DNA from: Mantamonas sphyraenae STR306
Lineage: Eukaryota; Protista; CRuMs
Length of the DNA stretch: 64,000 bases
NCBI GenBank assembly: GCA_026936335.1
Contig: JAPMXV010000044.1
Coordinates: forward strand, 434,001 to 498,000
Direction of reading: 5' to 3'
Shown here: positions 1 through 12,342 of the stretch, one piece after another
Layout of the letters: the number at the start of each line of letters is the position of its first letter
Numbering within the stretch: position 1 is the stretch's first letter
Made by a program: the position numbers and the translations under genes
Notes under the pieces: model-generated
Databases searched by the model: none
What the model was told of the DNA's origin: nothing
The model's input: only the letters and a program-made list of their open reading frames with translations

Positions 1-57
1 CGCAGACGCAGACGCAGAGCCGGACGCAGAGCCGGACGCAGAGCCGGACGCAGACGC
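1..57. repeat. Short tandem repeat (GCAGAGCCGGAC x3 plus GCAGAC units) encoding a low-complexity Ala/Ser/Gly insert in the USP
   Basis: Directly visible in the first line of sequence. Confidence 0.8.
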
Positions 58-1863
58 GGCAGCTGCGTCGCCCTCACCAGCCGCTGCAGACGCAGCTGCC
101 TTCTTCTTGGCTGCCTTGGCTGCGGCGCGTTCGCGTCGCGCGATGCCTTCGCGTGTGTACGGCTCCATGTTCAGCACTTCGTCCACGGGGAACTCGCAGT
201 AGTCGTCCACTTTGACGCGCATGAACGTGTCAAAGTCAAACGTGAAGCGCTTGAGATGCAGAATCAGGATGTTCGGAAGCGTGCCCACACACGAACGCTT
301 CAGCACGTCGATCTTCTTGTCGCATTCCTCCCAGTAGTACGCGTTGTCGCCCTCAAGCATGTCACCTTCGATAAACAGGTCCAGTGCCTCGTGGATGTTC
401 TTCTTGTCCTTCACCTCCAGGCCGATGTTCAGGAACTTCTCGTCGCGCTCCTTCTTCAGGTTGTACTCCGGGTTCATGGAAATCAGCTGGTTGGTCATCT
501 GGCCGCCAAACAGGTCGTCCAGCAGGTGAGCGTGCGGCGTGTCCTTAAGATTGGTCTCGATCTGGTCAAACAGCGTGCGCAGGAACTCGTCCACGTCCTG
601 CTGCACCACGGGGTTCAGCGGCACGCCGTCCCAGTCCTTGAACGTCTGCTGGTACTCACGCGGCGTGGTGAACGCCTTGTCGCTCTCCAACAGCTGGCCA
701 AACAGCTTCTGCATCTGGAAGGCCACCGAGTCTTGCGGCAGACCCGACACGTCGGCGTCCAGCAGGCCCGTGCGCATTTCGGGCGTCATGAACATCTGCT
801 GCGTCAGCGAGTTCATGTAACAGGTTGCACCCATGTTGCGCAAGCCCACAAAGTCCGTCATGCTCTTTTCGTAGCCGTGCGGCTGGTAGTCCCAAGGCCA
901 GCTCAGGTCCTTCACCTGCTCCTCGTTCAGCTTTGCATTGAAGCGGAACGACTTGCTGTAATGGTTCTGGATCAGAGAACGCGTCAACTGCTTGCTGGCT
1001 TGCTGGTTCTTGGCCACAATCACGCTGAGCAGGGCAAACGCGGCGCGGCGTGCGCGCGGCGTCTTGCACTTGGGCGGCGCAAGGTCGCCGTGGTTCTCGA
1101 GTGTCGGGATGGCAAACAGGGCGTCCGAGTAGACGTGGTCCACCAACTCGTCGCTGGCAGACGCGGCCACGGCCGAGTCGCTGGACGCAAGCGTCATGGC
1201 CAGCGTCAGGTAGCCAATCAGCACGCGGTCTTCCTTTGTGTTCTTGCGAGCCTCGCGCACGGGCGCCGCAATGATCTTCTCCGACAACTGGTTGAACACC
1301 TTGATGGCTCCCTCCGAGTCGTTGCCTCCCTCGTGGTGTACCATGAGCAGGCGGCCGAGCAGAGAAAAGTACTCGTCGCACACGTCGGCGTACTCGTTGA
1401 TGTCGTCCAGGCGGCTGAGCAGCAGCGGGTAGATCGAGTCCAGCAGCTTTCGGTCCTTGACCAGCGAGCACAGGCTGTACAGGCCGTCCGCGCCACGTCG
1501 GCGGATGTGACGGTCCTCGTTCTCCAGCAGGATGCGCTGCACTGTGCTTTCCAGATCCTCAAAGTTGGCCACGGCGTCGACCAGCTGCGGTTGGAACACC
1601 AGCGACGGTGCAGCCAGTCCCAGCACGTCGCGCAGGATGCTGTCCTGCGTGATGTTTGTCTCGTGGTCCTCCTTCACAAACTCGCTCTGCACGCGCTCGA
1701 TCACCAGACCGTTCTCGGCCACGACGCGCATCAATGCAAGCAGGGTGTGCACCAGCTTGGTAAAGTCCACGCATTCCAGGATCGACTCGCGCGACGTCAC
1801 GCTCAGCTGGCGCACAAGGAAGCGCGCTGCTCCCTCCTTGGCAGACTCCTTGGCGGCCTTGTC

Positions 1864-1894
<31 letters not shown>

Positions 1895-4800
1895 GACGAC
1901 GACGACGCGTTGTCTTCTGCAGCCAGTGCAGCGGCAGCCACGGCCATGGTGTCGCCCATCATGAGCAAGTTGGCCAGTTCCGTGTCGCTCATGACCGAGG
2001 ACGACGCAGGCTTGGTTGCGTTTGCCTTGCGGTCCTCTTCCTCCTCCTCGTACGTCTTTTGCGCCTCGTTGGCCAGCTTCTCGATGTTCAGCGCCATTTC
2101 TTGGTCCTCGCTCAGCTCGCCAATCATGAACAGCTTCACCAGCTTGAGCGACAGGCCGAGCGCAGTGCGCCACAGCGGGTGGGTCTCTTCCGTGTTTTGG
2201 TGCACGGTCTTTTCCACAGAGGCCTGGAAGATGTTGTAGAGGTGCTGGAAGCCGCCCGTGGCCAGGAAGCGCGTTCGCCACTCCAGGCAGTCGGAAGCCT
2301 CCAGGTGGGCGGACGAGTGCATCTCCTCGTCGTCCACCTGCTTGTCGCTGGGCAGAGACAGCTTGTCGCAGATCTTGAGGTTGTACACGAGCTTGTACAC
2401 CGACGATTGCTCAAGCAGGTCGTCCCAGTTGACCTTGGCCTCGCCTTGGTTCAGGGCGCGCAGCTTGTCAAACAGCTGTTCGTTGAGCGGAAGCAGCGAG
2501 AGCAGGTCCCACACGGCGTTGCCCACAGTGGCGTTGCCCATGTCCAGCAGCTCAAACAGCATGTCGAAATAGTACTGGTTGTTGGCCAGGATGTACGACG
2601 GCAGCACCTCGGTCTCCTCGGGCACGTCCTCTTCGGCGCCTGCGCCTGCGCCTGCGTCTGCGTCGGCTCCTGCGTTTTCGCTGACGTCGATGGTCGAGTC
2701 GTCGCCTGCGCCTGCGGCGTTTTCCTCGTCGCCGTCGGCAGTGGCCGCGTTGCTGTCTGCATCGCTGTCCACGTCGTCCTGGTTTGCAGGCACGAGGGCC
2801 ATGCTGTCGTCCGGCGGCGTGTAGTCGCTGCGCTTGTAGATGTTGAGCACGCCGTAGTCGATAAACTTCATCTGCTCCAGCGTTTTCTTTTCCACGGCGC
2901 CTCGCATCTCACGGCCTGCGTCGACCATGACGACCTCGGAGTACTCCCAGCCGTACAGCTCGGCGATCTTGCGCTTGAGCACCTTGATTGTGTCCATAGT
3001 GTTTGCCTGGATGGTCAGGCGCGGGCTCGGGGCGGAGCTGCAAGTCAGCACGAGCGGCAGAGTGCGTCCCGTGGGCAGGCCCAAGGAGCAAGCCTCGATG
3101 AACTGCTTCATGATGGACAGCGAGCAGGTGCAGCGGTTGATGTGCTTCTGCTTGGTGGCGTCGTCCATCGCCGCGGCCTCGTCGCCCTGCTTCTTCAGTT
3201 CGGTGAAGGCCGACTCGAGGTAGCCCATGCAGGTGACCACGTAGGCCTCCCATTCCTTGGCGTTGCTCAATCCCTCGGCCAGCTTCATGTTGAGGCGGTT
3301 GAGGAAGGAGCGCGCCTTCTTGCTGACTTCGGGGTTCTGTGCGTCGAGAGCAATAATCCACAGGGAATCCTTGCCGATGACGGCCTCGAGGTTCTGCACG
3401 AGGAAGTCCGAGTAGGGTCGAGCCTCCATGGTGCCGCTCTTGAAGTTGAGGTACAGGAAGTAGTTCTCGTAGCATTCGTAGGCGAGCTCGTCCATGGTGG
3501 CTGCGTCCATGCCGGCGAGCTTGTTGTGGAACACGTACTCTGCAATCTCGGGCGTAAAGGCAGCAAAGTCCTTGGACTTGCTGTCATCGGCGCCGCGCAG
3601 CGAGGCGAGCCAGTTGAAGCCGGCGAGGCGGACGTCGTCGCTGGGGGCAGCGTCGACCATGGCCTCCCAGAAGCGGTCGACCTGCTCCTGGGTCAGAGTG
3701 AGCGCCGAGTTGACCAGCACGTAGGTGAGGAAGGAGAGGACGCGGTCGAGCATGGCCGGGTTGGGCTCCGTCTGCGAAAAGTAGATGAGCTCGTCAAGGA
3801 GCAGGTCGCGCAGCTGGTGGCCCTCCTCAAGGTCGCCGATGACGGATGCCACCGTTTCCACATTGGTGTGGTACATGTTGACCGGGTAGGCACCAATGAT
3901 CTTTTGCATGAGGATGAGGGAGTTGGGCTCGCGCATGTTGTCCATGCAGAGCTTCATGTACTCCTTGCGCTCGCCGAGGCATGTGTGCTGGCGGATGATC
4001 TCCGAATGGTGGTCGATGGCCTGTTCGCAGATGTCCTTGGGCACGTCGGGGCTCATGATCATCTGGTAGAGGAATTCGAGGGCCTTCTTCTCCATGTTGC
4101 CGTACATGTCGCGCTTGCTGATGTCCTTGATGAGCTTGAGGGTCTCCGAGTCGAACTTTTCGGCCTCCACCTTTTGGATCTTTTCCATGATAAAGTCGAG
4201 CTGGGCCTCGGTGAAGTAGAGGGCAAGCTCGGCAAACTGGGCGTAGATGAGGTGGCGCACGCTGTCGTGCTTGTGGACCGAGGCATCCCACATGAGGTCG
4301 AGGTGGTCGTTGGTGAGACGCTCGCGCTTGGCCATGAAGCGGAGCAGGTCTGTGCAGCGCTTGAGGACCTCGATGTGCAGATCGGGGCCGTAGAGTTCTT
4401 CAAAGATCTTGTTTTCCTCGATCCAGTCGAGGAGGGCGTCTGCGGTGAGCCAGTGCTGCTGCTGCTGGCGGTTCTGGAACTGCTGGAACTGTTGGTTGTT
4501 CTGGTTCTTCCACCAGCCGCCACTGAGCTGGATGAGGTCCTTGAGCTCGACGACCGAGAGCATGCGCAGGGTGAGGTAGGACGAGCGGAAGCACTTGAGT
4601 GCCATTTCGAGGCGGAACTTTTCGATGATCTCTGCAGCCTCGCGGTCGCTGAGGAGGAGCTTGAGGAGCAGTTCGCACGAAGTGATGATGCTGTGGATGA
4701 CGCCCTTCTTGGCAGTCTTGATCTCGTCGTCGGACAGAGAGAGCAGACGGTTGATGACGGACTCCTCGATTCGAGGGATGAGGAGGGCGTTGAAGCGGTT

Positions 4801-6136
4801 GGTGAGGAAGTACTTGGGCTTGACAATGAGCTCGAGGATGTGTGCAATGACCTCAAAGTCAAAGGTGTCGCGCTCGATGTACTTGAAGATGGCTTCGAAG
4901 CCACCATGGGTGCCAAAGTAGTGTGTGTTCTCGATGATGAAGCCCGACTCCCACACCTTGCCGTGGAAGCAGGTGTATCGGAAGAGCTCACGCGTGTCCT
5001 CGTCGTCTTGCTCGAGCTCGAGGGGCGGATCGTTGGGGCGGCGCTTGTGATTGAGATAGAAGTTCATGGCGTCGTCCAGGACCTTCTTGCCGCACTCAAA
5101 CACCTCGATAAGCGGGTAGCGCGGGATGACAAAGATGATGAGGTCGAGGTAGGCCTTGAACACGTTGACAAAGGGATCGAGCACGTGCGGACGCACCTCC
5201 TTCTGCTGCAGCAGGCTCATCATTGCCTTTGGGATGACCTTGCGCACAAAGTGATCCACGTACTCGGGCAGCTTCGTCTCCTTTGGGTTTCCGTTGTCGT
5301 CCAGGTCCTCCTGCTGCTCGTCGTAGATCTCGACGATCAGCATGGTGGCGGCTCGCACGCTGGACAGGAAGAACTCGAGCTGCGTGGAGCGTGGTGGCGG
5401 CGTTCAGGGACAAGGAGGGTGTGTTAGGAGACGATGCGGTTTGAAGAGCGGGCTACATGACGCAGGTAGGACGCAGCGAGCGAGAGGTTTGGAGTAAACT
5501 TCACCACGCGCTGAAAAAAACACATGGACGGCAGCCGCAAACAACACGGCGAGAGCTGGAACAGAGTCAACCGCAGGCGCAGGGCCAGGGTGGAGGGAAG
5601 CTGCATCATGTATCGACATACCTTGACCTTGCCTCCAGCGTGGTCGGTCTCGATCTGCTTGAACAGCCTGTGTGGGCGGGGAGAAAAACGAGTCCCAGAG
5701 AGGGATCAGCAACAAACGCGGTTGCACAGAGAAGTGGGTCAGTTTGATACTGGGCTTCACGGCGAGCCAGGCACAAGGTCGCACAAGGCATGCCAACAAG
5801 GTGACGTGTGCAACGCCCTGACGGGCAGGCAGGACAAGGGATCGCGTGCAGCGCACGGCGGGCTGTGGGCGACGGGAGGGTACCAAAAATTTCGGTTTGG
5901 AGGCTGGCAGGGAAGGGCAGGAGAAGGCCAAGGGGGGGGCCAGGGCGGGTAACGTACGCTTCAAACTTGTCCCCATTGGTGTCTGTGACGGGAGTTTCCT
6001 TGGGCAGGCCAAAGAACGACGGCTCGCCGCTCCAGGGCTCGGAGTACACCGGCTCGGCTTCTTCCGGCTGTCCCTCCTGCTCGGTGGCCTGGACCTTGTC
6101 GTTCTCTTGCACAGGCTCCTTCGTTCCTTCGGACAT
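1..6136 (-). CDS. Large ubiquitin-specific protease, USP9X/USP24/USP34 (FAF-like) family; C-terminal part lies beyond the window start
   Basis: Predicted exons 6136-5958, 5667-5622 and 5379-<1, joined by GT-AG introns. Cys box FVGLRNMGATCYMNSLTQQ (~800-855), QQDVDEF (~590-607) and LPNILILHLKRFTFDF (~230-280). A long helical N-terminal region and a ubiquitin-like segment (~2910-3020) precede the catalytic domain. Confidence 0.9.
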
Positions 6137-6508
6137 GCTTCGGTAGTGTGTTTGTCTGTGCGTGTCCCAGGTATGGATGCGAGGGTCAGCGGATGGCTCA
6201 GCTGTGCGCAGGGACACGTGGCAGCCACGCGAAAAGAGAGGGGCCACGCGAACGAATTCACACAAATCGCACTCGGGCGCCTGAGCAAAAAGCGCCGGCC
6301 AAACTGGTGTGCAGCAGTCACGTGCGACAACGACTTCACCATGACGCGGGGTGCAGCACATTTCCGCCCCCTGCCACCCTGTCGGATGGGAAAATGCACA
6401 CGTCAAATGCACACACACACACAAGAAAAGAGGTGAACACACCTGAGGAAGTTTGGGTGGTTTGGCAAGGGCGCCTTTCAGCCGTCTCCATTCCAATGTC
6501 CCCGTCCA

Positions 6509-7515
6509 TCACTTCTTCCCCTTGCGCATGCCCGCTACAATGGCCTTGATGCGAGCCTGTGTCTCTGCAGAGGAGATGGCCTCGTACATAAGGTCTGCGC
6601 TGTCCTCGGCCTGCTTGCTGAACTGCTCCATCATGGGGCGACGGTAGTTCAGCTTGGTGTTGACACGAGCAAAACTGGGAAGCTTGAGCAGACGTTCCAC
6701 GTATGCGGTGGCCTTCTCAATGGCCTCCTCGGGAGAGCTGGCCAACTCATCCACCAGCTCGCATGCCAGAGCCTCTGTTGGGGACAGCATGCGTCCCTCC
6801 TTGATGTACAGCTCAGCCTTGCGCGGCCCAATCACAGAGGCATACGTCTGCGTGATGAACGCAGGCACCGTGACGCCCACAGGCACCTCGTTCAGGCCCA
6901 TGGTGAAAGGCCCGTCCATCATCACGCGGTAGTCGCATGCCATGGACATTACACACCCACCCGCCGGGTTCTCACCTGCAATGGCATTGGCGACAACCAG
7001 CGGCGTGCCGTAGATCTTCTTGAACACTGTAGAAACGCCAGTCGTGCCGTGGGAGGGGATTTGCGTCAACCGTCAGCCGCCAGCTCCACGTCTACTCTCC
7101 CCAAGCTGACCACTCCTCTGTTGTCTACCGTCCCACATGCACACTTACGGCCAAAGAATGCCTCCATAAACACGCGGAAATCCTCCGGTGACGGGTCCAC
7201 CAGCTGCTGGAAAATGTCGATGCCTCCGGAAAAGATGCCGCGCAAGTTCGAGGCCAGCACCATGCCGTGCTGCTTCTCGTTCTGCTCGATGCTCTCAATG
7301 ACCTCCACAACCTCACGGCAAAAGTCGGTCGACATGCCGTTCACCGGGGCGCGGTTCAGCAGCACCAGCGCATGGTTGCCGCGGTCCTCGACAATCACGC
7401 GCGGCTGCTCGTTGCCCACCTGCATGGAGGTGGCCAGACCACGCTGTGCGGTTTGCACACTGGCCATCGAGCGCACCACACTCGTTCTGCTGCTAGTAGA
7501 GACTCGGGAAAACAT
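6509..7515 (-). CDS. ECI1: Enoyl-CoA delta-isomerase (crotonase family), probably mitochondrial, ~294 aa
   Basis: Exons 7515-7149 and 7026-6509. R/S-rich presequence MFSRVSTSSRTS; motifs LNRAPVNGM, IFSGGIDI, GENPAGGCVMSMACDYRVM and MGLNE. Confidence 0.88.
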
Positions 7516-7690
7516 TCGGCTTTCGGTTGGTGGGACGGGAGTGGGGAGGGGTGTCAACTTGTGTGTCCATTGTGATTTGCATGGGTGCTTGTCGCCCCCC
7601 ACCATCTTCTCTTCCTCTTTCTCCATCCTCGTCCTTCCTCCTGCACACCCTCTTTCACCCACAGACACAGCCACCTCCGATTTCAGCTTC

Positions 7691-7733
7691 GCCGCTCAGC
7701 CACTCAGCCGCTCAGCCGCTCAGCCGCTCAGCC
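7691..7733. repeat. 8-bp tandem repeat GCC(G/A)CTCA x5 (x4 in copy 2 at ~12485-12519)
   Basis: Directly visible; lies just downstream of the Myb stop codon. Confidence 0.9.
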
Positions 7734-7752
7734 ACATGCTTCGTCTCCATCC

Positions 7753-10146
7753 TCACATCTCCTCACACTTTTCCTCCACCCGCTGTCGCTTGCCCAGCGC
7801 GCGCAACGCCTCAGCTGCAAACGCATCTTCCTCCTCATCAGGCGTCGACGGCCGACTAGAGTCGCTGCTGCTCGAATGCGTGCTTGCGCCACTCCACCCG
7901 CTCATCGTGCTCGCCTTGCGCTTGCTTCCGCTCTGCATCACATCCTGGATCGACGGCAACAGGTGCTTCATCTCACTGGACTGCTGCATCTGGCCCGCCT
8001 GCTGCTGCACCTGCTGGCCCTGCTGCTGGTACAGCTGCTCCAGCGCCATGCGCTGTGCCTGTGCCTGTGCCTGCTGTTCAGCCAGCTGCTGCTGTTGCTG
8101 CTGTTGATGTGCATCCTCCACTCGCATCTCCCAGCCACGCAGCTCTCCCAGCAGCTGGTGTTGCCATCCTCCAGGCTGCCCCTGCTGCTGTTGTTGAGAC
8201 TCCTGCTGCATCGCTTGCATCTGCTGTGCCAGACGCAGTTTCGCCATCTCCATCTGCATCTGCATTTGCATTTGCATGCGCAGTTGCAGTTGCAGCTTCA
8301 TCTGTAGCTGCTGCATGTGCGTCTCGATCCCGTTTCCTCCACCACTTCCGTATCCTCCCAGCAGCCCTTCCATCCCTCCCAGTCCACCCATCCCAGCCAC
8401 GTTGCTCATCCCTTCCACTTCCATCCTTCGTCCATGCTCTCCCATCGCAGATCCACCCTCGTCGCCATCCTCCACATCCTTTCCACCCCTCACCGACTTG
8501 CTGCCGCCGCTGCGACGTCGTCCACCCTTGCGCATAGACTTGCCCATCGTGTGGTGCGTCAGGGGCAGCACAAAGTTCCCAGCTTCGTCCAGCAGGTCGC
8601 CGTGGCACAGACATCCGCTCAGCATCTCCAACACTCGCGTAAACACCACGTAGTTCTGCTCGTTGCGATGTTCGTAGTGCCAGTTCTCGTCCTCCTCCAC
8701 AAAGTTGCTCTCTGCCACTGCGTCTCGTGCCTCGCGAAAGTCCAATCGTCCTTCGCTACGGTACAGCCGTCCTGCAATCACCTTGAACAGCTTTGCGTTC
8801 CAACGTCGGCGCACAGCACACGGCGGTCGTCCTTGGATCATCGACGAGATCTCCGCCCAGTGGTTTCCATGCTCACGCCACGCCTTGAACAACTGCACGT
8901 CCTCCTCTTCCGTCCACGGGCCGTGCTTGATGCTCGTGTCCAGTGCGTTCATCCAGTGCGTACGCACCTGAGACGTCGTGCGGTTCGGAAACAACGATGC
9001 AATCTGTCCAAAGTTGCCATTGAACTCTTCCACCGCCTCTCGCAGACGCTCGTTCTCCTCCTCCGACCACGGCGTACGCGAAAAGTAACGCCGTTGAGTC
9101 TTCACACCGTTCGCAGACCCCAGTGCAGACGTATATCGCTGCCGCACCTGTGCACACACAGTGTCCCAAACACCACGCCGTCCCACGACCCAGTTCCGAC
9201 ATCCGCCCATGCCCAGTGTACGCCCAATGTGTCCCGTTCGTCGCAAGCCACGTGTCAGCTACCCAAAAATGGCATGGAACCATCCACAACCTTCCCGTTT
9301 CGCACCCCTTTCCTTCCACGTCGACCACGTGCTACATGCATCACCCTCCTCCTTACCTGCTTCTCTGTCCGACCTGGCAGTCGCTTCGAGATCAGTGCCC
9401 ACTGGTCACCCAACTCATCGTATGCCTCGCGCAACACACGATCTTCCTCATCGCTCCACAATTCCTTCTTAATGTCCGGGTTCAGCGTGAACATGAACCG
9501 CTGCCGCACCTGCTCTCCCCGTCCTCCCTGTCAGTCCCTTGGTACCTGTGTACCTCTGCATCCTTTCTCCCACCCCCCCTCCGTCGTCCCATCACTTCCA
9601 AAAGCTCCAGTGCGAGGTTTCCGACACCAACCCCCTTTTTGTTCCCTCCTCTTTTTTCGTGCACTCACCTGCAGATATGTGCGTCCGGGCAGCATCTTGG
9701 CAATCTTGCTCCACGCGTTCCCGTGCTTTCCGTGCTCTTTCAGCAGGATGGCATCCTGCAGTGTGTGTGATGTGTCAGTACACGCGAAGCCGAAGCCTGC
9801 GTCGTCTGCAACTTTTCCTGCAGACACGCCACACTTCCTTTTTTTGGTCCGAAACCACACGCAAACCTCTCCTTGCCCCCACGCGATCTCCACCTGCTTC
9901 ACAATCCCCAAACACCCCCGCAAAACACGCCTCCACACAACATACTTCTTCTGCAGTCCATGCGCCTGACTTGATCTTCGGGTCCAGCGTATAGCGCCAG
10001 TGCTTTCGGATCGTCGACAAGCTTCGGTTCGGAAGAAGCTCCGCTGCTCGTTCAAAGTCAGGCTCGTCATCATGCGACAGGGTCTCTCGCAGGATGCGAT
10101 CCTCTTCGGCTGTCCATACTTGGATCTTTCGTTGCTTGCCGCTCAT
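7753..10146 (-). CDS. Five-repeat Myb transcription factor with Gln-rich C-terminus, copy 1 (~611 aa)
   Basis: Exons 10146-9946, 9755-9669, 9509-9357 and 9147-7753, all phase-0 GT-AG. Repeats begin WTAEED, WTAEED, WSDEED, WSEEEN and WTEEED, with IA..LPGRT-type recognition helices. Confidence 0.9.
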
Positions 10147-10846
10147 GACTTGGTGTTTGCTTTCGACTATATGTCGGGTAATTGCGCAGTTATAAACGCT
10201 CTGGGAGCGATGGCGGGAGCGAGCGGGCGACGCTTGTTCTGAGCGAGATCGATACCTACGGGCATGGAATTGTCCTTATGAATGCTCGTGTGTGTGTAAC
10301 CGTACGAAGATGATTTTTTGTGCGACTTGGATATGTGTCGGTGCTGCACCATATTCTGTGACGAGAGTGGGTTCTCGGCAGCACTCCCGGGGAGTGAGAA
10401 GGCATTCATCCTCTGCTTTTGGTGGCTGGGGTTCGTATGAAGCAGAAGTCTCTGCTTGCGCTGGATGAATGCTGTTGGTGATGAAGCGGTGTCGATGGGC
10501 ACGTTCGTCTCTGGAGCATTTCCACTTTCAACTCTTGCCTTGTGTACTGTCGTTGCATTCCAGGCGCTGCATCTCTGAATGGGTTCCTAGTGTATTGACA
10601 CAGAAGCACAGGCCATAAGTATGGGACAACACTTGGTTTGGGAAGAAAGTGGGGTACTGGCAACGAAACGGCGCCGACCGACTTGCTCGTCCATGAGCCA
10701 GACAACTCAACGTCCGTTTATGTGTCTCCACGCAGAGAGCTTGACTCTACTACGTGGCTCTGGCCAAGGATTTGCGGTCAAAGTTGTTTGGCTTTCGCCC
10801 GCACTCCTGACCACAGTTTCTTCAGCATCAAGATTGGCAAGGAGAC

Positions 10847-12163
10847 ATGAGTACCAGCCCGGAACCAACCGTCAAAGACGGCAACCTGCTGAAGCTGGGC
10901 GGCAAGAAGGGAAAGCGTATGTTCGGGGCGCGTGTCGAAGTGTTGCCTCTTTTGGCCATCCAAACTGACGGCATAGCCTTCACATATATTTCACAGTGTT
11001 CAGAAAGTGGCAGAAGCGATACTGCGTGGTGAAGGACGGCGAATTTTCATACTTTATCGATGTACGTTACCTTGCGTCGTTGGCGTGGGTGGTTCCTGTG
11101 TGTGATGCCGAAGCCGGCCTTGAAGAGGGCAATTCCACACACCGCTTGTGTCAGCCGCAGCACTTCTGGTCAAAGCTTCGTGCTCCATGCGAGCACAATC
11201 GGCCTTCTGCCACACTCCTTTAAACAGTTGCAGCAGAGACCAAGGGTCGCGTGCGCAAGCGTCGGTGTGGTCGCAACGAGGTGTGGCGAGCTACAAAAAG
11301 CTCGCGCACGTCCTTTACTTCCGCGAATCCGATTCCCGAGTGTTTGTGTGCACTGGATAAGGCTCGCCCTCCCGCCTGTACGGGGCGTTGTAGCCACCCT
11401 TGGACGCGTGCATCACCAGTATCATGTGTTGGACTGTGTGTCGGGTGACTTGTGGCTGCGTTATGTCTGTATGCAAAGCAGGGCGAGGCCAGACACGTGC
11501 CAGCCAACCGCGCGATCAAACGCGCTCAGCCGCCGTATCGGAGTGCTCGACATCGGCGTGCTGTGACCTCGCTTCGACCCCACAATGACATTCTGTGTCT
11601 GTGCATGGGATTTCTGCATGGTCGTATGCACGCATGTTCGCCCTGGCGCTTTGTCCTCTCCGCAACGGAACGCGTTGAGCCCTTTTTTTCGCTTCCCGCC
11701 AAGCGCTTGTACTTTCGCTGACAAAACCGCTTTCGCTTCACCACAGGAGGAGAGCTACGAAGCAGAGTCGCCGCAGGGTACCTTCAGCCTGAAGAGTGCT
11801 GTCGTCACGCAAGACCGACAAGCCAAACAGGACTACGCCTTTGAAATCACCTGCCCTGATCGGTACGTTGAATTCGGCTCCATTTTCACCGCCGTTGCAA
11901 CGCACCCGCCATGTTCCCTGCGCGCCTTTGTTTTGCCTGATCCATGCACCATCCGCGTTGCTACTCTACAATGCACCACGTCCTGCATTCTGCTGCCAGT
12001 ATGTACCTCTACCGTTTGCTTCGCATGTCTCCGCTGACACACCCCGCTCCCTCGCAGTGTGTGGACATTCGCAACAGATAACAACCTGCTGCTAGGCCTG
12101 TGGATCGCAGCCATCAAGGAGAACATTCAGTACGCCACGTTTGGCACTGTCGGTGGTGACTGA
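10847..12163 (+). CDS. Stand-alone PH-domain protein (~118 aa)
   Basis: Exons 10847-10916, 10997-11061, 11747-11862 and 12058-12163 splice in frame to KDGNLLKLGGKKGKLFRKWQKRYCVV..FSYF..PQGTFSL..YAFEI..WIAAI, a canonical PH signature. Confidence 0.88.
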
Positions 12164-12342
12164 ACACCAAGATTTATTTCCCCCTCATGTACAGACACAC
12201 CGGATCGGACAGACATTTTTCGAGTCACGATTGTCTAACCGTCCCTTACAACATCATACCTGCTTATCGCTACCGGTGCATACTAGTGAATGCACCTCCA
12301 ATTCCCATTCCAACCATTCGTTTGAGTGTTTTGATTTGCACA

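Larger units (their letters stand above)
7549..10262. repeat. Copy 1 of a ~2.7 kb near-identical direct duplication
   Basis: Matches 12343-15048 (offset 4786 after one 8-bp indel). Most six-frame ORF translations across the segment are identical between copies. Confidence 0.97.

Noticed and set aside
256-5427. 1723-aa plus-strand ORF
   Set aside because: Antisense shadow of the USP gene: V/L/H-rich with no motifs. The strong codon bias of the real gene removes opposite-strand stops.
8317-9969. 550-aa plus-strand ORF (and its copy at 13103-14755)
   Set aside because: Antisense to the Myb gene and crosses its introns; no recognisable domain.
7549-10262. Duplicated segment as a transposon or LTR pair
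   Set aside because: No TIRs, target-site duplication, TG..CA ends or transposase/RT; it contains an intron-bearing host gene.
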